Notes: generated from the letters alone by a model not told the origin. A DNA stretch of 64,000 nucleotides from Bacteroidales bacterium (GCA_024762655.1 JANTHB010000004.1:9966-73965), one strand, 5' to 3'. Numbered from the stretch's first letter, positions 1-9,744 are shown. Numbers and translations: made by a program.

Positions 1-1922
1 TTCTTGATTCGGAGGCTTTTCTCTCTTGTAGTTTTGGCATTGTAGTTATCAACCTGGAAAAAAAAGAGATCAAGGATACGTACATTATCGGAGAGAATGG
101 AAAACAAATCAGGGTTTACAGTTTGGCCTATCAGCCTCCTTACCTGTATGCTGCCACCGAGGAAGGGATCTACCGGGCTGACCGGGATGCCCCGGATCTC
201 GTATATTACGGAGCCTGGTCGCGGATACAGGACCTTCCGTCATCTCATGCAAGTTTTTCAAAAATTGTTTCGTTCCAGAACCATCTTTTTGTAAACCGCA
301 CCGATGTTTCTTATGCCCAGGACACCATTTACTATCAAAACAATGATGGGACATGGGAGGTGTTTTCTGCGCTTCCGGGGATTAAAAACTTCAACCTGCG
401 CGTTAGTCACAATAATTTTCTCATAGCCAGCTATAAACTCATCCGGGTCTTTAACGACCATCTGCAACCGGTTCATGTTATCAATGATTACGGGTATGAT
501 ACTCCAAAAGCCCATGATGCCCTCTATGATGATAATGGAACTTTATGGATTGCCAATGGCGAGGGAGGACTGGTACACACCCCCGATTATCAAAGCTTTC
601 CTGCTGCTTCTCCTGACGGGCCTTACAGCGCTGAAGCTTATTATCTCCGGGCATGGAATCGTACACTGGCTGTAGCTTGCGGAGGAAGAGATGCATCCTG
701 GAACTCCACGTGGAATGCTGCCAAAATCTATCTGTTTCGAGACAACCGCTGGAACAATATCATTGAATACGATTATAAGGATGTTGTCCGTGTTCTTGAA
801 GATCCTCTTGACCCGGATGTGTTTTATGCTTCTTCCTGGAACTACGGGATACTGGTTTATAAAAACGGGAAGCTGGAAACCATTTATAATGATGAAAACA
901 GCACGTTGCAAAGTATTATCCCCGGACAGGATTACATCCGTGTAGGAGGGATGGCTTTTGACCATGATCACCGTCTATGGGTTACCAATGCCCTGGTCAA
1001 CAATCCTGTTTCCGTCAGGATGGAAGACGGCACATGGCATAGTCTTCCCTATGGAAAATACCTCAACAACATGGAAACCGGTGATATTGTAATCACGGAT
1101 AATGCATATAAGTGGATACTTCTTCCGCGGGGTCACGGACTGTTTGTTTTCGATGACAACAACACTCCGGAAGATGCATCGGATGACCGGGCCAAAAGGA
1201 TGGCAGTCATTGATCAGGACGGGGCTTCACATAATAATCTTTATGCCATTACCAAAGACAAGAACGAATATATCTGGGTCGGAACGGACCAGGGTCCGTT
1301 GGTCTATTATAGTCCTTTTCAGGTTTTTGATCAGTCCGTCCTTCCGGCACATCGCATCAAGGTGCCTCGTAATGACGGCAGTAATCTCGCAGATTATCTT
1401 CTTAGTACCGAACTGATAACCTGTATTACCGTTGACGGTGCCGATCGCAAATGGTTCGGCACCCAGAAATCAGGAGCCTTTCTTATCTCTCCCGACGGGT
1501 TGTCCAGGATCCATCATTTCACCTCATCCAACAGTCCGTTACCATCAGACCATATACAAAGTATCGCCATTGAACCCACAACCGGAGAGGTTTTTTTCGG
1601 TACCAATGAAGGGGTTATCTCCTATCGTGGCACAGCCACTGAAGGATCTTTCGACTATAGCAAGGCTTACGCCTATCCAAATCCGGTAAGGGAAAACTAT
1701 AACGGGCCGATAACCATTACGGGTTTACTCCCGGAGTCCACCATCAAAATTACCGATATCAGTGGCAACCTGGTCTATGAAACCAGTTCGTTGGGAGGAC
1801 AGGCGTTGTGGTACGGGAAAAATATGTCGGGGGAAAAAGTTAGTTCCGGGATCTATCTGGTTTTCATTTCCGACAAAGACGGAATGCAAACACATATTGT
1901 TAAGATACTGGTTATTAAATAG
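1..1922 (+). CDS. T9SS-sorted beta-propeller protein, PorZ-like; 5' end lies outside the window
   Basis: The reading frame of ORF 123..1922 stays open back to the window edge, with no stop upstream of the first ATG. It has repeated propeller-like segments. The C-terminal ~80 aa (YAYPNPV...GIYLVFISDKDG...KILVIK) fit the T9SS C-terminal sorting domain pattern. Confidence 0.75.
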   Translation, partial: LDSEAFLSCSFGIVVINLEKKEIKDTYIIGENGKQIRVYSLAYQPPYLYAATEEGIYRADRDAPDLVYYGAWSRIQDLPSSHASFSKIVSFQNHLFVNRTDVSYAQDTIYYQNNDGTWEVFSALPGIKNFNLRVSHNNFLIASYKLIRVFNDHLQPVHVINDYGYDTPKAHDALYDDNGTLWIANGEGGLVHTPDYQSFPAASPDGPYSAEAYYLRAWNRTLAVACGGRDASWNSTWNAAKIYLFRDNRWNNIIEYDYKDVVRVLEDPLDPDVFYASSWNYGILVYKNGKLETIYNDENSTLQSIIPGQDYIRVGGMAFDHDHRLWVTNALVNNPVSVRMEDGTWHSLPYGKYLNNMETGDIVITDNAYKWILLPRGHGLFVFDDNNTPEDASDDRAKRMAVIDQDGASHNNLYAITKDKNEYIWVGTDQGPLVYYSPFQVFDQSVLPAHRIKVPRNDGSNLADYLLSTELITCITVDGADRKWFGTQKSGAFLISPDGLSRIHHFTSSNSPLPSDHIQSIAIEPTTGEVFFGTNEGVISYRGTATEGSFDYSKAYAYPNPVRENYNGPITITGLLPESTIKITDISGNLVYETSSLGGQALWYGKNMSGEKVSSGIYLVFISDKDGMQTHIVKILVIK

Positions 1923-1928
1923 TTTTTT

Positions 1929-3341
1929 TCAATTATCTTCTGTAATCAATTTGGATATCCGCTCAATCTGTTTTTGCTTGTTGACCTCACGGAGGCTCCT
2001 GGCTGTTTTTGTGAAATACTGATGTCCGGAAATAAATTTAACCTGTAACTTATTCCATTCATTCAGGGAACCAATTTTATTTTGCTCATGCAATTCTTCG
2101 TACAGGGTATTAGAAACCGGAATAAAATCGGTACGACCCAGATAGTCCAGATCCGCATCGCAGATAATGTTTTCCAACAAGTTCTTTGGCTTGGGCGGCA
2201 GTTTGGTTGCCATGATTATTTCACATATACGGTCAATTTGTTCAGGGGAATATCCATATTTCGGAAGCATTTCCCGGGCAATCAATGTCCCGTGGTATTC
2301 ATGGTTATCATACTGGACAACATGACCTACATCATGAAAAAGGGCTGCTGTTTTCAATAGTAACATTTCTTCATCGTTTATTCCTTCCGCCCAGCCTATA
2401 AGTTCAACCTCCGTCACCACATCCACTGTGTGCTTCACGTTATGATAATATAGATATTTGGGTAATTCCTTCTCCAGTTTATCAAGAATAACTTCCTGTA
2501 AGTCTGTAAACTGTATCAGGGCAAACTTGATACGGAAAGATTTGTTGGAAGTAACCCCGTCACCGTTCTCAGAGAACTCAGGCTTCAGCCCCTTCACCAC
2601 ATACATATCCATATCCCCTTTATATTTCACCGGCATCTTTCCGAAATACTCACAAACAAAAAACTCTTTCACCAACTCATACGTCATCACAGAAATAATA
2701 ATATTCCCTGTATCCGAAGCAGATTCTATTCGGGAAGCTGTATTGACTGTGTCTCCTTTGATCTCGTAGGAAACTTTTCTTTTCCCTGTCACATTCGCCA
2801 CAACAGGGCCGGTATGAATGCCCAATTTGAGATCCCAAACCTGACCTTCGCCGGAGTCACATTCCTGCTGTACTTTCTCCATGTGATGTTTCATTTCAAT
2901 GGCAGCCATAACCACATCAATCGGATTGGTACTGTTTTTGATTGGGATTCCTCCCGCACACATATAGGTATCGCCAATGGTCTTTATTTTTTCGATTTTA
3001 TATTTTTTGGCAATTGCATCGAATTCAAAGAAAATTTCATCCAGTCTGTCAATGATAGCCTGCGAATCTGTTTTTCCGGATAATTTTGAAAACCCTTGAA
3101 TATCAGCGAACAATACGGTTGCCATATCAAACCGCAATGTTCTGATCTTATGTTCAATTTCTTTGCCCTTACGTTTTTGCTCAGGAGAAAGGCTCTCCAG
3201 CAATGCTTTTTGTTTCTCGTTCTCAAACAGAAGCTTATCCAGTTTTTTCTGTAATTCGTTCAGTTTAAGCTTAAGCTCTTTGTTTTCCTTTGCGAGCTTG
3301 GCAATCCTTTTTACATAATCTTTTTCTTTTTGCTGGTTCAT
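1929..3341 (-). CDS. Class III adenylate/guanylate cyclase domain fused to a C-terminal HD phosphohydrolase domain, with an N-terminal coiled coil
   Basis: Cyclase motifs are LFADIQGFS, KIKTIGDTYM and GDTVNTASRIES. HD motifs are HNVKHT, LFHDVGH and DADLDYLG. The ATG at 3341 is preferred over the TTG at 3368 used by the ORF track. Confidence 0.85.
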   Translation of the reverse strand: MNQQKEKDYVKRIAKLAKENKELKLKLNELQKKLDKLLFENEKQKALLESLSPEQKRKGKEIEHKIRTLRFDMATVLFADIQGFSKLSGKTDSQAIIDRLDEIFFEFDAIAKKYKIEKIKTIGDTYMCAGGIPIKNSTNPIDVVMAAIEMKHHMEKVQQECDSGEGQVWDLKLGIHTGPVVANVTGKRKVSYEIKGDTVNTASRIESASDTGNIIISVMTYELVKEFFVCEYFGKMPVKYKGDMDMYVVKGLKPEFSENGDGVTSNKSFRIKFALIQFTDLQEVILDKLEKELPKYLYYHNVKHTVDVVTEVELIGWAEGINDEEMLLLKTAALFHDVGHVVQYDNHEYHGTLIAREMLPKYGYSPEQIDRICEIIMATKLPPKPKNLLENIICDADLDYLGRTDFIPVSNTLYEELHEQNKIGSLNEWNKLQVKFISGHQYFTKTARSLREVNKQKQIERISKLITEDN

Positions 3342-3467
3342 GGCAAAGTCTTTATTTCCAAAAAACAATTCTCCCGGATTGATTTATTCCCCTACAAAAA
3401 TAAGTTTATTTCCTTATTATTCGTGTAAAAAAACGTATTTTCGGTTTGTTTTCCAAACAGCTTGTAC

Positions 3468-4190
3468 ATGTTAACCAAAACCCGAGGCATTGTTCTTCAT
3501 CAAATCAAATACGGCGATTCTTCCCGTATCGTCCATATTTACACCGAAAACTATGGGCGGCTGGTATTTATGGTAAAGGGGTTCGGGAAAAAATCCAGGT
3601 TTAAAAGAGCATTTTTTCAGCCTTTAACTCTTCTGGATTTGGATATATATTTCAAACCTGACCGTAATCTTCAGCAAATCAAAGAGGTTCACATAAACTA
3701 TCCTTTTCTTACTATATCCGGAAACATCCAAAAAACAAGTATAACGCTTTTTCTTAGTGAAGTGCTCAGCAAAACGATTCCGGAAGAAGAGTCTAATCCA
3801 GACTTATTCAAATATTTATTCGATGCCATACGTTATCTCGACGAAAAAGAAAATATTTCAGGCAATTTCCACCTTTTTTTCCTGGTACGCTTAACCCGTT
3901 TTCTGGGTATTTCTCCCGTAAATTATTTCTCGGAGAAAAATCAGATCCTTGATATGAGAGAAGGGGCTTTTATCTCCGGTCTACCCCCACACCAGGATAT
4001 TCTGGGTAAAAAAGATGCTTTATTCTTCTCTGCCCTGTTAGAGATTCCTGTTGAGAAGTTAAGTGCTATGCCGGCGGTTCCCGGTGGTACCTATGATTTT
4101 CTCGAAAAGATTCTTCAATATTATCGTATTCATCTGGAAGGTTTGAGCAAGATTAAATCCCTGGATATTTTACATGAGGTTTTTCATTAA
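3468..4190 (+). CDS. recO: DNA repair protein RecO
   Basis: The N-terminus MLTKTRGIVLHQIKYGDSSRIVHIYTENYGR is a typical RecO OB-fold start, and the length is about 240 aa. The ATG at 3468 lies two codons inside the TTG-started ORF. Confidence 0.85.
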   Translation: MLTKTRGIVLHQIKYGDSSRIVHIYTENYGRLVFMVKGFGKKSRFKRAFFQPLTLLDLDIYFKPDRNLQQIKEVHINYPFLTISGNIQKTSITLFLSEVLSKTIPEEESNPDLFKYLFDAIRYLDEKENISGNFHLFFLVRLTRFLGISPVNYFSEKNQILDMREGAFISGLPPHQDILGKKDALFFSALLEIPVEKLSAMPAVPGGTYDFLEKILQYYRIHLEGLSKIKSLDILHEVFH

Positions 4191-4196
4191 ATCCCG

Positions 4197-4204
4197 TACC
4201 TTTG
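4197..4204 (+). promoter_or_regulatory. Bacteroidota -7 box (TACCTTTG)
   Basis: Matches TAnnTTTG and lies 19 nt upstream of the ATG at 4224. Confidence 0.4.
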
Positions 4205-4223
4205 TCCGGGAAAAATATTATGT

Positions 4224-5750
4224 ATGAAAATAATCACCTCATTGGTCAAATGGCTAAATATTAAGAGAATGAGCCAGATAGAACTTTTTATGAAATATCC
4301 TGCCGAGGTCCAGGAGGAAACCCTGCAGAACCTTCTTTTGTCAGCACAAAATACCGAATGGGGGAAAAAGTACGGTTACGGGGATATCTCCTCATTGCAG
4401 ACCTATCAGGAAAGGGTGCCGATACAGACTTATGAAGATATTGTTCCGTATATTAAACGGTTACGTCAAGGGGAGAAGGATCTTCTCTGGCCGGGAGTCA
4501 TAAAGTGGTTTGCCAAATCCTCCGGGACCACCAGTGCAAAGAGTAAATTTATCCCTGTTACCAGAGAAGCGTTGGAACAATGTCATTTTCGCGGTGGAAA
4601 AGATGTTATGGCATTATATACAAGAAATTATCCGTCCACTCGTATTTTCAGCGGGAAAGCCCTCACACTCGGAGGCAGTCATCAGATCAACAATTTCAGC
4701 AACAATTCTTTATATGGAGATCTATCGGCGATATTAATAGAAAACATTCCTTTCTGGGCTGAGTTCCTTCGTGTCCCACAGCTGGAAATTGCCCTGATGG
4801 ATCAATGGGATAAAAAACTGAAAGAGATTACCCGTACGACGATTCTTGAAAACGTCACCAATCTGGCAGGTGTTCCTTCCTGGAACCTTGTATTAATCCG
4901 GTATATTTTAGAACAGACCGGCAAAAAAAATCTTTTGGAAGTATGGCCCAACCTGGAACTTTTCATTCATGGAGGAGTAAGTTTTGAGCCATACAGAAAG
5001 CAATTTGAAGAGCTCATTCCCTCACCGGACATGCATTATATGGAGACATACAATGCTTCGGAAGGATTTTTCGGCATTCAGGACGATCCGGACCGTAAAG
5101 ATATGCTCCTGATGCTGGATTACGGAATTTTTTATGAATTCATCCCCATTAAGTTTTTCGAGCAGGAGAACCCTCCTGTCCTGAGTATTGAAGATGTAAA
5201 AACCGGAGAAAACTACGCTCTGATCCTGTCTTCCAACGGTGGTTTATGGCGTTATCTCATCGGCGATACCATCCGGTTTACCTCCCTGCATCCTTATCGA
5301 TTTGTGATTACGGGACGCACCAAACACTATCTGAATGCATTCGGGGAAGAAGTGATAATCGACAATGCTGAAAAAGCGCTTCGAATCGCCTGTAGTAAAA
5401 CAGGAGCCATCGTCAATGAATATACCGTAGCCCCTGTTTTTATGGGAAAAAATCAGCAAGCCCGGCATGAATGGTGTATTGAGTTTGAAAAAGAGCCCGC
5501 TGACCCTGAGTACTTTACCACCGTTCTGGATCATGCGCTTATGGCTGCCAATTCCGATTATGAAGCCAAACGTTTTAAAAACATCACCCTGGACAAACCA
5601 TTGGTCCATGTCGTAAAGAAAAAAACATTTTACCATTGGTTCCGGAAAAACAACAAGCTGGGCGGACAAAATAAGATACCACGTCTCTCCAATAAAAGGC
5701 GTTTTGTGGAAGAAATTCTGGAAATAAACAAAAGATTAGAAAAACATTGA
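4224..5750 (+). CDS. GH3 (auxin-responsive promoter) family adenylate-forming enzyme
   Basis: About 508 aa. The SSGTT motif (AKSSGTTSAKSKFIP), YNASEG and LWRYLIGDTIRFT are typical of bacterial GH3 family proteins. Confidence 0.8.
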   Translation: MKIITSLVKWLNIKRMSQIELFMKYPAEVQEETLQNLLLSAQNTEWGKKYGYGDISSLQTYQERVPIQTYEDIVPYIKRLRQGEKDLLWPGVIKWFAKSSGTTSAKSKFIPVTREALEQCHFRGGKDVMALYTRNYPSTRIFSGKALTLGGSHQINNFSNNSLYGDLSAILIENIPFWAEFLRVPQLEIALMDQWDKKLKEITRTTILENVTNLAGVPSWNLVLIRYILEQTGKKNLLEVWPNLELFIHGGVSFEPYRKQFEELIPSPDMHYMETYNASEGFFGIQDDPDRKDMLLMLDYGIFYEFIPIKFFEQENPPVLSIEDVKTGENYALILSSNGGLWRYLIGDTIRFTSLHPYRFVITGRTKHYLNAFGEEVIIDNAEKALRIACSKTGAIVNEYTVAPVFMGKNQQARHEWCIEFEKEPADPEYFTTVLDHALMAANSDYEAKRFKNITLDKPLVHVVKKKTFYHWFRKNNKLGGQNKIPRLSNKRRFVEEILEINKRLEKH

Positions 5751-5800
5751 TTTTTTTTCCTATTTTTAAATGCAATCTTTTACTATCAATCTTATCTATC

Positions 5801-6436
5801 ATGCACATTGCCATAGCAGGAAATATCGGATCAGGAAAAACAACGTTAACCGGTTTGCTTGCAAAACATTACAACTGGGAAGCTCGTTATGAAGACGTAA
5901 ATGACAACCCGTATCTGGATGATTTCTACGAAGACATGCAACGTTGGTCCTTTAATCTGCAGATCTATTTTCTCAACAGCCGGTTCTCACAGGTCATTGA
6001 GATCAGGAAGCAGGCCAATACGGTCATTCAGGATCGTACCATTTATGAAGATGCTTATATTTTTGCTCCAAATCTGCACTCTATGGGTCTGATGTCGACC
6101 AGAGACTTTGAAAATTACTTCAATCTGTTTCAACTTATGAGTTCCTTCATTCAACCCCCTGATCTGTTACTCTACCTGAGAGCTTCCGTTCCAACCCTGG
6201 TCAGCCAAATCCAGAAAAGAGGGAGAAAATACGAGTACAATATCCGGCTTGATTATCTGCAACGACTTAACGAGCGCTATGAGGCCTGGATTGACTCATA
6301 CACGCTGGGGAAAAAACTGATCATTGAGGCCGATGATTATGATTTCCCGAATAATTCAAACCATATGCGTGAAGTAATTGATAAAATTGATGCCGAACTT
6401 TTCGGTCTCTTTAATAAGGAAGATATAAACCCTTAA
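5801..6436 (+). CDS. Deoxynucleoside kinase
   Basis: The P-loop IAIAGNIGSGKTTL sits at the N-terminus. DRTIYED and the overall dNK/dCK-like layout follow. The ATG at 5801 is preferred to the TTG at 5747, which overlaps the upstream stop. Confidence 0.85.
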   Translation: MHIAIAGNIGSGKTTLTGLLAKHYNWEARYEDVNDNPYLDDFYEDMQRWSFNLQIYFLNSRFSQVIEIRKQANTVIQDRTIYEDAYIFAPNLHSMGLMSTRDFENYFNLFQLMSSFIQPPDLLLYLRASVPTLVSQIQKRGRKYEYNIRLDYLQRLNERYEAWIDSYTLGKKLIIEADDYDFPNNSNHMREVIDKIDAELFGLFNKEDINP

Positions 6437-6533
6437 ATACCTATGATATAATCACAAAAAAGTTAACGAAGCCCCCGAAAAATTCCGGCACCTTTTTTGA
6501 TGTCTTCTGATAAAATCATTAAAATAATAAATA

Positions 6534-6908
6534 TTGCAGGAAATAAAAATAGACCGGACCAAATACTCCCCCAAAATATATTTACGGGACGGAAACATCC
6601 ACTTTGAAGGGCGATCTGTTCTTAATGACCCCTATCAATTTTATCAACCGGTCTTTTCCTGGATAGAGAGATACATTGAATCCGATCCAAAAGACATCAG
6701 AATAGATCTTAAATTCGAGTACATCAACACCAGTTCCGTTAAATGGGTCTTTGAAATGTTAAAAACCTTTCTCCGAAAACCAGACCTTAAAAAACAACTG
6801 AATATCAACTGGTATTATGAAGAGGGGGATGATGATATGCAAGAACTGGGAGAGATCCTGAAATCGATCATGAACTCTTCTTTCCATATTATTAAAACCC
6901 GGGGATAA
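6534..6908 (+). CDS. DUF1987 (SiaC-like) domain protein
   Basis: 124 aa. The N-terminal pattern IKIDRTKYSPKIYLRDGNIHFEGRS..DPYQFYQPV is characteristic of DUF1987. Uses a TTG start. Confidence 0.7.
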   Translation: MQEIKIDRTKYSPKIYLRDGNIHFEGRSVLNDPYQFYQPVFSWIERYIESDPKDIRIDLKFEYINTSSVKWVFEMLKTFLRKPDLKKQLNINWYYEEGDDDMQELGEILKSIMNSSFHIIKTRG

Positions 6909-6963
6909 TTCTGCTTTTCATACAATAAAAAAGAAGGACCTTCAAGGGTCCTTCTGCTTTTTG

Positions 6964-7034
6964 CTGTCCCCCCAGGATTCGAACCTGGACAGGCAGAACC
7001 AAAATCTGCAGTGCTACCATTACACCAAGGGACA
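6964..7034 (-). tRNA. tRNA-Gln (anticodon TTG)
   Basis: The reverse complement folds as a cloverleaf. The acceptor TGTCCCT pairs with GGGGACA, the anticodon stem is GCAGA/TCTGC with loop TTTTGGT, and the T-arm is CCAGG-TTCGAAT-CCTGG. Confidence 0.9.
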
Positions 7035-7049
7035 GTTGATTGCGGGGTG

Positions 7050-7057
7050 CAAAAGTA
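7050..7057 (-). promoter_or_regulatory. Bacteroidota -7 box (TACTTTTG) for tRNA-Gln
   Basis: TAnnTTTG on the minus strand, 15 nt upstream of the tRNA 5' end. Confidence 0.5.
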
Positions 7058-7154
7058 ATAAAATAAATTATTGTCCGAAAGAACCCCAGTGTTTTTATCG
7101 CCCCAATTTCTCTTCGAATCATTATCTTTGAATAGTAATAAGAGCAAAAAACCG

Positions 7155-7964
7155 ATGGAAAAGACAGGCATGACAAAAAAAATGCGGACCGAACTTCCGG
7201 AAACGGGAAAAGAAGTTTTGTATTATTTACCTCTGGATGAGGAGGAGATTGGGCTGAATGATCTGATCGGACATAAGATCAGAATTACTTTCCGGCATGA
7301 AATTCATTGCATTCATTGCGGGCGTCCGATCAAAAAAACTTATGCCCAGGGATATTGTTACCCGTGTTTTATTTCATTACCCGAAACGGATGCCTGTATT
7401 CTGCGACCTGAATTATGTCAGGCTCATCTGGGAATTTCCCGTGATATGGAGTGGTCAAAAAAACATTGTCTGCAGGATCATTTCGTTTACCTGGCCCTTA
7501 CCAGCGGTTTGAAAGTTGGTGTAACCCGTAAAACCCAGGTTCCTTTCCGCTGGATTGATCAGGGTGCCGATCAGGCTATACGGATTGCACAAACACCTAA
7601 CAGACACCTGGCCGGAGAGATCGAGGTGACACTGAAAAAATATATGAATGATAAAACCAACTGGCGCCAGATGTTGAAAGGAACCAACCCCGGCTACCAC
7701 AATCTTGCTGCTGAAAAGGGAAAAGCACTGGCTTTATTGCCGGAAGAATACCGGCAATATTTCTTTGAGGAGGACCAGATCACCCTCATCCGGTATCCCG
7801 TCCTTTCCTGGCCGGAAAGAATCAAAGCTGTTTCTCTGGATAAACAGGACACGATCGAAGCCTGTCTGACAGGTATTAAAGGGCAATATTTGCTGTTTGA
7901 AGACGGAGAAGTTCTGAATATTCGTAAACACGGCGGGTATGTTATTACATTAAGTACCTTTTAG
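7155..7964 (+). CDS. DUF2797 domain protein (Cys-rich zinc-ribbon-like N-terminal region)
   Basis: CIHCGRPIKKTYAQGYCYPCF followed by ACILRPELCQAHLG matches my recollection of DUF2797. The start is uncertain: 7071, 7155 and 7170 are all possible. Confidence 0.65.
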   Translation: MEKTGMTKKMRTELPETGKEVLYYLPLDEEEIGLNDLIGHKIRITFRHEIHCIHCGRPIKKTYAQGYCYPCFISLPETDACILRPELCQAHLGISRDMEWSKKHCLQDHFVYLALTSGLKVGVTRKTQVPFRWIDQGADQAIRIAQTPNRHLAGEIEVTLKKYMNDKTNWRQMLKGTNPGYHNLAAEKGKALALLPEEYRQYFFEEDQITLIRYPVLSWPERIKAVSLDKQDTIEACLTGIKGQYLLFEDGEVLNIRKHGGYVITLSTF

Positions 7965-7981
7965 CCCGATACAGGCAGAAC

Positions 7982-8635
7982 ATGAAACAACTAAAAGATC
8001 TACCGGCAAAAAAGAAGAGGTTTATATACAGCCTCCTCTTTCCGGCATTCTTCCTATTGATTCTCTGGCTTGTATGGTTTGTAGAAACCGAACTGAACCT
8101 GGATTTCTCAACCTGGGGTATATTTCCCCGCAGGATCAGCGGATTACGGGGGATTATCTTTGCCCCCTTCATCCATGCGAATATCCGTCATCTGGCCAAC
8201 AACTCGTTGCCCCTGTTTTTTTTAATGACCGGAACCCTTTATTTTTACCGGGAAGTAGGGTATAAGGTTTTTTTCTACCTTTGGCTAATAGGGGGTGTGC
8301 TGGTATGGATAGGAGCACGAGACGCTTATCACATCGGAGCCAGTGGGATCATATACGGGCTGGCTGCTTTTCTTTTCTTCAGCGGCATTATCCGTAACCA
8401 TATTCCGCTTATCGCCATTTCCCTGTTGGTTGTTTTTTTATATGGAAGTATGATCTGGGGCGTTTTCCCCCTGGTAGAAAAAATGTCCTGGGAATCTCAC
8501 TTGATGGGAGCTCTGACCGGCGTAGCACTGGCTTTTGTATACAGGCACGAAGGGCCACAAAAACCTCCTCCCTTTTGGGAAAATGAAGAAGAGGAAACAG
8601 AAGAGAAATATGATTTCACTGAATTTTTATCATAA
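7982..8635 (+). CDS. Rhomboid family intramembrane serine protease
   Basis: Multiple TM segments, the GASGIIYG catalytic serine motif and a downstream H in ESHLMGALTG. Confidence 0.85.
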   Translation: MKQLKDLPAKKKRFIYSLLFPAFFLLILWLVWFVETELNLDFSTWGIFPRRISGLRGIIFAPFIHANIRHLANNSLPLFFLMTGTLYFYREVGYKVFFYLWLIGGVLVWIGARDAYHIGASGIIYGLAAFLFFSGIIRNHIPLIAISLLVVFLYGSMIWGVFPLVEKMSWESHLMGALTGVALAFVYRHEGPQKPPPFWENEEEETEEKYDFTEFLS

Positions 8636-8689
8636 CTTTGTTTTAAAAAAATATTACTATTTCCCGAAACATATTAAAAAAAAATTATG

Positions 8690-8697
8690 TAGGTTTG
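8690..8697 (+). promoter_or_regulatory. Bacteroidota -7 box (TAGGTTTG)
   Basis: Matches TAnnTTTG. The TTG start at 8695 used by the ORF track lies inside this box. A near-identical segment recurs at 10069..10076. Confidence 0.45.
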
Positions 8698-8766
8698 AAT
8701 AAAAGTATTCCGTTAAATTTGCATGAAATTTTTTATTTAACTTTTTTCAATCTAAATTTTCAAGTC

Positions 8767-8961
8767 ATGACAAGGAACAAAATCCGTCCGAAAAAAGGAA
8801 AAAGGAAATATGAAACAGAAGAAGAAATCAGAGGTTTCAAAAGCATTAAAAAAGATAAAAAGCCTTCTAAAAGAATAAACCTTGCTGATCTTTATGATGA
8901 TGATTCCAATTTTGACTCCGATGAGTTTTATAATAATATGGGTCATTCCAGTGATAAATAG
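8767..8961 (+). CDS. Small, highly charged hypothetical protein (64 aa)
   Basis: An ATG-started ORF downstream of the -7 box. It is Lys/Asp/Glu-rich and low in complexity, with no recognisable domain. Confidence 0.35.
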   Translation: MTRNKIRPKKGKRKYETEEEIRGFKSIKKDKKPSKRINLADLYDDDSNFDSDEFYNNMGHSSDK

Positions 8962-8994
8962 ACATTTTACAGGGCAGACACCTAACCCGGAAAT

Positions 8995-9744
8995 ATGAAT
9001 TTTGATGCGGTAATTTTTGATCTGGACGGAGTCATCACCGATACGGCCAGTGTCCATGCAAAAGCATGGAAACAAATGTTTGACGAATATCTTTTATCGA
9101 GAAATAAAAGATCAGGTGAACCTTTTCATGAATTTACCTTTCCGGAAGATTATCTTCAATATATTGATGGGAAACCAAGGTATGAGGGAGTAACAGCCTT
9201 CCTGGCCTCCAGAAACATATCAATTCCTTACGGAGATCCCGTTGACCCTCCCACCAAAGAAACGGTTTGCGGATTGGGAAACCGGAAAAACGAACTGTTT
9301 AATACGGTTCTTAAAAATGAAGGAGTAAAGGTTTACGAATCTTCTGTCCGTCTGATCCTCGCACTGAAGGAAGCAGGTATTTTGCTGGCGGTTGGCTCTT
9401 CCAGTAGAAATTGCCGGTCCGTTCTTGAAACAGCAGGACTGTTATCTTTTTTTCAGGAATGTATAGGAGGGATCGTCTCCAAAGAAGAGAAACTGAAAGG
9501 AAAACCCGAGCCGGATATTTTCCTTTTTGCAGCAAGTAAACTGGGCGTTCCTCCGCATCGTGCCGTTGTCATTGAAGATGCTGTATCAGGGGTCCGGGCA
9601 GGAAAGAGAGGAAAATTCGGACTGGTTATCGGAGTAGCACGTGAAAACAATGAAAAGGAATTAAGATCACACGGCGCTGACTGGGTTGTGAAAGATCTTT
9701 CGGAAGTAACCGTCGGGGAAATTAATCAAAGAATCAAACAATGA
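8995..9744 (+). CDS. HAD-IA hydrolase, beta-phosphoglucomutase family
   Basis: Motif I is FDLDGVITDT, and the C-terminal motifs are GKPEPDIF and IEDAVSGVRAG. Confidence 0.85.
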   Translation: MNFDAVIFDLDGVITDTASVHAKAWKQMFDEYLLSRNKRSGEPFHEFTFPEDYLQYIDGKPRYEGVTAFLASRNISIPYGDPVDPPTKETVCGLGNRKNELFNTVLKNEGVKVYESSVRLILALKEAGILLAVGSSSRNCRSVLETAGLLSFFQECIGGIVSKEEKLKGKPEPDIFLFAASKLGVPPHRAVVIEDAVSGVRAGKRGKFGLVIGVARENNEKELRSHGADWVVKDLSEVTVGEINQRIKQ

